64,000 nucleotides of DNA from the NCBI GenBank assembly GCA_016936215.1, contig JAFGPL010000099.1:4190-68189 (forward strand). Reading direction: 5' to 3'. Both the position numbers and the translations under genes were made by a program. Source of the DNA: Bacteroidales bacterium (GTDB lineage: Bacteria; Bacteroidota; Bacteroidia; Bacteroidales; UBA10428). Below the pieces are notes generated by a model. The model saw only the letters and a list, made by a program, of their open reading frames with translations, was not told the DNA's origin and ran no database searches. Every line of letters begins with the position of its first letter. Positions within the stretch are counted from its first letter, which is position 1. Below are positions 57,527 to 64,000 of the stretch, piece after piece.

Positions 57527-59290
57527 TTAATTGATTTTCCTCATACGGATATGTTTCGGGGTAATTTCGAGGTATTCATCGTCTTTGATATATTCCATAG
57601 CTTCTTCAAGGGAAAATTCAATACTGGGTGCAATCTTTACATTTTCGTCCGAACCCGATGCCCTCATATTCGTAAGCTTTTTGGCTTTAACCACATTTAC
57701 GGTAAGATCGCCTTCACGTGTGTGTTCGCCAACAACTTGTCCCTTATAGACGCTTTCGCCCGGGTCAACAAAAAACCTGCCCCTGTCCTGCAACTTATCA
57801 ATAGCATATGCCGAAGCAGAACCTGTTTCAAGCGATACCAGTGAACCTTTGCTTCTTGTTGCTATATCGCCTTTATATTGTTCGTAAGTCTTAAACCTGT
57901 GGTTCATGGTGGCCTGTCCCGCTGTTGAAGTTAATATGCTGTTTCTCAGACCTATCAATCCCCTTGATGGAATCTCGAATTCAAGGTGTAATAAGTCCCC
58001 CTTTGGTTCCATTACCTTTAACTCACCTTTACGGCTGCTTACGAGTTCTATTACTTTTCCTGAATGGGAATCCGGTACATCAACAACAAGAATTTCTATG
58101 GGCTCGCATTTAACGCCGTCAATGGTTTTGAATATGACATTAGGTTTTCCTACCTGTATTTCATAGCCTTCCCTGCGCATGGTCTCAATAAGGATTGAAA
58201 GATGAAGCACCCCTCTTCCAAAGACATTGAATTTGTCTTCAGAGCCAGTTTCTTCTACCCGCAGGGCAAGGTTTTTTTCAGTTTCTTTAAAAAGCCTGTC
58301 CCTGAGGTGCCGGGAGGTTACATACTTACCATCAAGTCCGTAAAAAGGTGAATTATTGATGGTAAACAGCATGCTCATGGTAGGTTCATCAACTTCAATA
58401 CGGGGCAAAGGTTCCGGTTCGTAATAATCGGCAATGGTATCTCCTATTTCAAAATCCTCAAGTCCGACAACAGCACACAGGTCACCGCTACGCACCGATG
58501 ACACTTTTTGTTTTCCCAAACCATCAAAAAGCTGAAGTTCACGTATTCTAACAACTTTGTTCCTGCCTTCTTTCCGGCATAAAGTATAGTCTTTTCCTAT
58601 TACGAGGTCGCCACGGTAAACCCTGCCAATTGCAATTCTGCCAACGAAACTTGAATAATCGAGCGATGCAATCTGCATTTGAACAGTACCTGGCCTGTAT
58701 GGAGCTTCAGGAATGGCTTCAAGTATCGTATCAAGCAACGACCGAATATTATCTGTCGGGGTTTTCCAGTCTTTTGACATCCATCCATGTTTTGATGAAC
58801 CAAAAATGGTCTGAAAGTTCAACTGATCTTCAGTTGCATTGAGATTGTACATCAACTCAAAAACTTCTTCATGTACTTCATCGGGTTTACAGTTCTCTTT
58901 GTCGACTTTATTAATCACCACGATGGGTTTAAGGCCTAAACCAAGTGCTTTGCCCAATACAAACCTTGTCTGTGGCATGGGGCCTTCAAAAGCATCAACC
59001 AGCAAAAGCACACCGTCTGCCATGCGCAGTACGCGCTCCACTTCACCTCCAAAATCGGCATGGCCAGGTGTATCAATAATGTTTATCTTAACATCTTTAT
59101 ATGTTACGGATACGTTCTTAGAAAGGATGGTTATCCCACGTTCACGCTCCAGATCGTTATTGTCAAGGATCAGTTCACCCGATTCCTTTCTTGGGTCAAA
59201 TACCTTGCATTCATGAATTATTTTATCAACCAGCGTGGTCTTACCATGATCAACATGTGCTATTATTGCGATATTTCTTAGAGATTGCAT
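57527..59290 (-). CDS. typA: translational GTPase TypA/BipA
   Basis: 587 aa. [36 protein letters not shown]. Confidence 0.95.
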   Translation of the reverse strand: MQSLRNIAIIAHVDHGKTTLVDKIIHECKVFDPRKESGELILDNNDLERERGITILSKNVSVTYKDVKINIIDTPGHADFGGEVERVLRMADGVLLLVDAFEGPMPQTRFVLGKALGLGLKPIVVINKVDKENCKPDEVHEEVFELMYNLNATEDQLNFQTIFGSSKHGWMSKDWKTPTDNIRSLLDTILEAIPEAPYRPGTVQMQIASLDYSSFVGRIAIGRVYRGDLVIGKDYTLCRKEGRNKVVRIRELQLFDGLGKQKVSSVRSGDLCAVVGLEDFEIGDTIADYYEPEPLPRIEVDEPTMSMLFTINNSPFYGLDGKYVTSRHLRDRLFKETEKNLALRVEETGSEDKFNVFGRGVLHLSILIETMRREGYEIQVGKPNVIFKTIDGVKCEPIEILVVDVPDSHSGKVIELVSSRKGELKVMEPKGDLLHLEFEIPSRGLIGLRNSILTSTAGQATMNHRFKTYEQYKGDIATRSKGSLVSLETGSASAYAIDKLQDRGRFFVDPGESVYKGQVVGEHTREGDLTVNVVKAKKLTNMRASGSDENVKIAPSIEFSLEEAMEYIKDDEYLEITPKHIRMRKIN

Positions 59291-59428
59291 ATATTTCTTC
59301 TGATAAAAAAATGAAGCGGCAAAGATACAATAGTTTTAACAATTAAAATACAGATAATGTCTTTATCTTCCAATATCAAAACAATTGTTTTATATTTGGT
59401 GCATAAACTATGGCCAAACACTTAAAAC

Positions 59429-60163
59429 ATGCGACGTAAGCTACTTTTTGTTTTGTACCAGCCGTATAAATGGTTATTTTTTGCCCCATTCCTTGCCCTC
59501 AACACCATTTTTTTCGGTGTGATGGCGGTGATTGTATCTACCCTTATTAATCAAAGAATAGGAAGTTATTTTGGCGGTGTATTATGGAGCCGGTTAAACG
59601 CATTGTTTACCCCTATGCTGGTTAAAGTTGAAGGAAAAAATCATATTGAAAAAAACGCATCATACATAGTTATTGCAAACCACCAGAGTTACTTCGATAT
59701 TTTTTTGATATACGGATGGCTCGGACTGGACATAAAATGGGTAATGAAGAAAGAATTGGCCAAAATACCCGGTATAGGTTTTGGAAGTAAAAAGGTAGGA
59801 CATATTTTTATAGACAGGTCGAATACGAGGGCAGCGATGGAGAGCCTGAGCGAAGCGAAAAAAAAGCTTGTAAACGGCACATCGGTCGTTATATTTCCTG
59901 AAGGTACACGAAGCAAAACAAATAATCTTTTACCCTTTAAGCGCGGGGCTTTCAAACTGGCGCTGGAACTTAATCTGCCGATTCTGCCGGTTACGGTATT
60001 AAATACAAAGAATATTCTTCCTACGGGAACAATTAATCTTATGCCGGGAAGTGTAAAGATGATTATTCATAAACCCATAAATATTCAAGGTTATACTGAA
60101 TTAAACATGCCCGAACTCATGCAAAATGTAAGAAGTGTTATTGAGAGCGGATTAACAGATTGA
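59429..60163 (+). CDS. plsC: 1-acyl-sn-glycerol-3-phosphate acyltransferase
   Basis: 244 aa, N-terminal TM. HX4D motif NHQSYFD, plus FPEGTRS. Confidence 0.8.
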   Translation: MRRKLLFVLYQPYKWLFFAPFLALNTIFFGVMAVIVSTLINQRIGSYFGGVLWSRLNALFTPMLVKVEGKNHIEKNASYIVIANHQSYFDIFLIYGWLGLDIKWVMKKELAKIPGIGFGSKKVGHIFIDRSNTRAAMESLSEAKKKLVNGTSVVIFPEGTRSKTNNLLPFKRGAFKLALELNLPILPVTVLNTKNILPTGTINLMPGSVKMIIHKPINIQGYTELNMPELMQNVRSVIESGLTD

Positions 60164-60171
60164 TTAACAAT

Positions 60172-60639
60172 CTATTGGTTTACAGTATTTTTTAATTCTC
60201 CATTTTCATAAATGCCTGTCACTGATTCACCGCCGGCCCATGTATATGTACCTTTGCCGTGAAATTTATTGTTTTTGAAGTATCCGGTATACTTATCACC
60301 GTTAGGATAAAAATAAATGCCATACCCGTCTTGTACTCCGTTTTTCCATTCACCCGAATATTTGGCGCCATCAGCCCATTTGTAGGTTCCCTGCCCGTTA
60401 AATTCGTCATTTGCCCACATCCCTTCATAGCTTGACCCATCAGGGCATGTAAGCATCCCTCTTCCTTCACGTTTGCCATTTTTAAAGTCACCTTTAAAAT
60501 GATATCCGTTTGAATAGATATAAGTTCCACTTCCATTTTCACAATTTCCGGAGACACATCCGGTTTCGTCCTGTGCTGTTAAGGCAGTACCTATAAAAAT
60601 AAGAAACAGCAATGTTGTTATCAGCCTAAAAACTTTCAT
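60172..60639 (-). CDS. secreted MORN-repeat protein
   Basis: 155 aa, signal peptide. About 5 tandem YxGxWxxGxxxGxG units (YEGMWANDEFNGQG, YSGEWKNGVQDGYG, YTGYFKNNKFHGKG). Confidence 0.8.
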   Translation of the reverse strand: MKVFRLITTLLFLIFIGTALTAQDETGCVSGNCENGSGTYIYSNGYHFKGDFKNGKREGRGMLTCPDGSSYEGMWANDEFNGQGTYKWADGAKYSGEWKNGVQDGYGIYFYPNGDKYTGYFKNNKFHGKGTYTWAGGESVTGIYENGELKNTVNQ

Positions 60640-60720
60640 TTTTTTTTGTTTTGTATGTTTATACGAAACCTTCTTAATATTTGTTTTTATTCTAAACCTA
60701 AATAACAGATAAAAAATTCA

Positions 60721-63700
60721 TTACTGCACATTAAGTGAAGAGACAGCCAGACCTTTAGTACCGCTAACAGAAAGATGGATTTTATACTTACCGGCATTTA
60801 TACTGGTCCCGGTATTAGTTTTTAAAGTTTTCCAGGATTGGCCTGTTACCGAAAAATCAAGCGCAACGGTATATATGGTTTTATAATTCTGGTCTTTGAT
60901 TGTCAGCTTCATTGGGATATCATTATCCGTGTCGTTCATGTACCTAAACTGAAGTGAATAAAGATCACCTATACCGACTGCAATATCCCACTCAACCGAA
61001 TCTGCACTGGGTGCAGAAAAAATTATGTGTGGCTGGTCGCCGGTATAATTTTGAATGATGCCTGGTCCCCATAAAATGGCAGAGGTAACAGGATACCTGG
61101 TTAAAGGCCTTTGATCGGTTGCAAGACCAAGTTTACTTACCGGGGAAATAATCACCGTATACATCGTGGAAGAAGTTCCAAGGCCGCCCAGAATCACACG
61201 GTCTCCATTCTGAAACCTTTGACCATAAATTTTAAACCTGCTGTTTAATTCCCCACAACAATCGAGATAGGTTTTTGTATCATGATAGGTGTTCATCCAT
61301 ATAGGAAGGTTCTTTATATTGGTATCCAAGGCAACAAAAACATCAGCTTGTTCATTCAGTACAAATGATGCCAGGGAATCATCTTTAAATATTTTTACAT
61401 CTTTAGGGGTACGTATCCATTCCGAGCTGTATAAATTTGACGGCAGATTATAAATCGTAGCATTTGCATCGGTGAAAAGCTTCTCTCCTGTGTCAAGCCA
61501 TGAAACATGTTCCCAGTTATCAGGCGCTGAAAATTCCTTGACCAATAGGTTATCATATGAATGGACAGCCAACTGATGGCTTTTTTTTGCTGAAGCAATG
61601 GCAATAGCAGAAATAACAGCCTGGCCTGACAGAACTTCGGGAAAATGCAATGCGAGCTTTCCTCCTGAAACAGAAGTTAAATATTTCTTTTTAAGTAACT
61701 TATTATGACCAGATTCGCTATATATATCTAAATTTTTAATTAAAGTATCATTATTTGCCGCCACTGTAAATAATCGCCAACCGGAACAATTCATTCCCCC
61801 TCCTCTACCATACCAGGGTTCAATAAAATATAACTCTATGAGATATTCACCATCAGGAAGCGGAAATTCAAATTTAAGTTTGTCTCTTCCATATCTGAAA
61901 GATTGCAATAACTTCCAGTCATCGCTGCCTTTAATCGGATCAAATGTTCTGCGCTGGCTTCCGTAAAATACAGGTAACCCTTCAAAATCATCGGTCCAGG
62001 AAAGGCTTCCCCAGCACCCTGTATCTTTTTTATGCCTGTCGGCCATCCATAAATTACCAAATTCATCAATATAATCGGGCCCGCCACAGTTTACCCGATA
62101 GACATAGTGATAGCCTGGCTCCGGCATAAGCTGGTTTTCACCGGTAGAGTATAACTTTTTTAAACAGGGTGATTCCTGAATGTGATTTAGTATAATACAA
62201 TCTGTTGCTACGACATTATTATTGACAAATCCTTTGGCATACAATACATTGTACCTGATGTTCACACTATCCCATGTGAAATGTGTCCCGATACCCTGTC
62301 TGGTTTTTCTGCCTAGTGAAAATGTATCAATATCGTTGAATAATTCGACTTCATCGCAATTCGAATAAACAACGATACCGTTTTTCAATCCCGGGCTGGT
62401 CCACCTGTCTGGCCATGTATGAGATACGATGTAAACCATAGGTTCTGATTCTTTCGGGGCATAGTTTGAACAGTACATATAAAACACATCTGTTGGTTCT
62501 CCCCACGGGGTAATAAGTCCTTTGTAGTTGACAGGACCTATCCTGTCAATTTCGCGAAAACCTTCACCATTTTGTGTTCTGCCGGGATTTTCATGTGAAT
62601 TGAAAATCCATTGAAAATGGCCACAGCTTTTATCGCGCACTGCTTCACCAAGTCTGATCTTGGTCTCCATAACCGCACACATCCTGCTTTCACTGTGAAT
62701 GCCGTCTTTGGTATAACCACCTTCGGAGTGCAGGTCAATGCTTCGCCATGCACCGTATTCCCCATTCAGAAGATCGGCAGACAGGTCTTCATCATATTTA
62801 AACAGGTCACCTGCATAAGTGCCTGACCAATTCTGTATTACATTCCAGTCGGTGCCTGTTCCGCCATTGCATGTAGTAACCTTTCTCTGTGATGAAGTAG
62901 TTGGATCGAGTTCACGTATTATTTGGGTACATTCCCTGGCAAACCATTCAGGCAGGGTGCTTTCGTTTTCAAGACCCCAGAGTATCACCGAAGGACAATT
63001 CCGGCGTTCCTTCACCCAGTCTTCAAGTAATTGTTTAAAATTATATTTGAAGTCATTGTTATCAAACCAGATATGCGCAGCAAACTGTGGCCAGAAAAAC
63101 ATACCCATGCTATCCCAGAAGTGCTGGTAATAAAGGTTATGTGGCTGATGTGCATCCCTGAAAGCATTGAACCCGGCGGCTTTAACCTGCATCACACGGG
63201 TTCTTACCTGCTCATGGCTAAATGCATGGCTTTGTCCCATCATGTGCTCATATTCCGCTGTACCATTTAAAAAGTAAGGCTTTCCGTTCAAAAGGAACTG
63301 TCCTTTCTGAGTGGTATTTCCAATCGGCCAGCTAATCCATCTGATACCATATTTTGTAGTAGTAATATCAACGGTTTTACGTTTTACCATCACTTCAGAC
63401 TCAAGTGTATACAGATAAGGATCTTCAGGCGACCAGAGAATTGGCTTTTCAACCATTATGGGATTACATTTCACCACCTTTGTTTCACCTGCATTTATAA
63501 CCAGGGTCTGAATATCGTTTGCTACAACCTGCCCCTCCCTGTCTTTCAGCCTGCTGATAAGTTTGACTTTTACATGAGATTGCCCATAGTTTTTTAGTTC
63601 TGTTTCGACATTTAGTTTTGCAAGGCGCTCGTTTACAGTAGTATCATTCCAGATATGAGTGCCAAACGGTTCAACGCGGACATCACCTGTAATTATAACG

Positions 63701-64000
63701 TGAACAGGCCTGAAGATACCAAAAGGTTGTGAACCTTCTGAAAATCCCCACTCTTCTGAACAGCCTCCGCAAACCCAGGGCAGATCTCTGATATTCGCCG
63801 GATGTTCAGTTCTTACAGCCAAAATGTTTTTTTGGTTACCTGTTAGTATAAAAGAGGTAATATCAACTGTAAAGGAAGTCCTTCCCCCGGCGTGGTATGC
63901 TGCTTTCTGACCGTTTACAAAAACTGAGGCATATGAACCGGCTCCTTCAAACCACAGAAAATAACGTTTACCGGGTTGTATGTTTCCAACCGTAAAGTTC
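60721..64000 (-). CDS. glycoside hydrolase family 2 enzyme with malectin-like and C-terminal CBM-like modules (5' end outside the window)
   Basis: The GH2 sugar-binding region continues in frame upstream of the track start, which is a TTG codon at 63822: ...FLWFEGAGSYASVFVNGQKAAYHAGGRTSFTVDIT... Also VILWGLENES and malectin-like YRVNCGGPDYIDEFGNLWMADRH. Confidence 0.8.
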   Translation of the reverse strand, partial: NFTVGNIQPGKRYFLWFEGAGSYASVFVNGQKAAYHAGGRTSFTVDITSFILTGNQKNILAVRTEHPANIRDLPWVCGGCSEEWGFSEGSQPFGIFRPVHVIITGDVRVEPFGTHIWNDTTVNERLAKLNVETELKNYGQSHVKVKLISRLKDREGQVVANDIQTLVINAGETKVVKCNPIMVEKPILWSPEDPYLYTLESEVMVKRKTVDITTTKYGIRWISWPIGNTTQKGQFLLNGKPYFLNGTAEYEHMMGQSHAFSHEQVRTRVMQVKAAGFNAFRDAHQPHNLYYQHFWDSMGMFFWPQFAAHIWFDNNDFKYNFKQLLEDWVKERRNCPSVILWGLENESTLPEWFARECTQIIRELDPTTSSQRKVTTCNGGTGTDWNVIQNWSGTYAGDLFKYDEDLSADLLNGEYGAWRSIDLHSEGGYTKDGIHSESRMCAVMETKIRLGEAVRDKSCGHFQWIFNSHENPGRTQNGEGFREIDRIGPVNYKGLITPWGEPTDVFYMYCSNYAPKESEPMVYIVSHTWPDRWTSPGLKNGIVVYSNCDEVELFNDIDTFSLGRKTRQGIGTHFTWDSVNIRYNVLYAKGFVNNNVVATDCIILNHIQESPCLKKLYSTGENQLMPEPGYHYVYRVNCGGPDYIDEFGNLWMADRHKKDTGCWGSLSWTDDFEGLPVFYGSQRRTFDPIKGSDDWKLLQSFRYGRDKLKFEFPLPDGEYLIELYFIEPWYGRGGGMNCSGWRLFTVAANNDTLIKNLDIYSESGHNKLLKKKYLTSVSGGKLALHFPEVLSGQAVISAIAIASAKKSHQLAVHSYDNLLVKEFSAPDNWEHVSWLDTGEKLFTDANATIYNLPSNLYSSEWIRTPKDVKIFKDDSLASFVLNEQADVFVALDTNIKNLPIWMNTYHDTKTYLDCCGELNSRFKIYGQRFQNGDRVILGGLGTSSTMYTVIISPVSKLGLATDQRPLTRYPVTSAILWGPGIIQNYTGDQPHIIFSAPSADSVEWDIAVGIGDLYSLQFRYMNDTDNDIPMKLTIKDQNYKTIYTVALDFSVTGQSWKTLKTNTGTSINAGKYKIHLSVSGTKGLAVSSLNVQ

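Noticed and set aside
60219-60557. 112-aa alternate-frame ORF within the MORN-repeat gene
   Set aside because: It is on the same strand but in a different frame. The 155-aa frame has a signal peptide and regular MORN repeats; the alternate frame has neither.

Overview
AT-rich chromosomal segment that reads as Bacteroidota. Three proteins end in T9SS-type C-terminal sorting domains, a DUF4295 mini-ORF follows rpmB-rpmG, TAnnTTTG promoter boxes are present, and Shine-Dalgarno sites are not obvious. Most of the window is housekeeping: rlmN, msrB, cinA, rpmB, rpmG, ftsY, rimO, clpC, gyrA, typA, plsC and a yhhQ-like gene. Glycan-degradation genes sit at both ends, with GH3 at the left and a 5'-truncated GH2 with a malectin-like module at the right. 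I saw no rRNA, tRNA, CRISPR array, integrase or transposase. Six things stand out. (1) A HydC/HydB/HydA-type [FeFe]-hydrogenase operon in which the NuoF-like subunit is fused to a GltD/NfnB-like NAD(P)H-FAD module, and in which the HydA L1 motif reads TSCSPGW instead of TSCCPxW. (2) A stand-alone OLD/PARIS-like ABC ATPase with a long coiled-coil insert and a Toprim-like tail that seems to have lost its acidic residues. It is followed by a self-contained 31-codon hydrophobic mini-gene. (3) A 14-kb neighbourhood with three T9SS-tagged CotH-family proteins, a membrane-anchored papain-like peptidase and a membrane AraC regulator. (4) A T9 homopolymer that splits one membrane protein into two ORFs. 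(5) Two copies of an unannotated intergenic element with GC-rich direct repeats, each just 5' of a radical-SAM gene. (6) Several small operator-like repeats. All functional calls come from motif recognition by eye; no database search was run.
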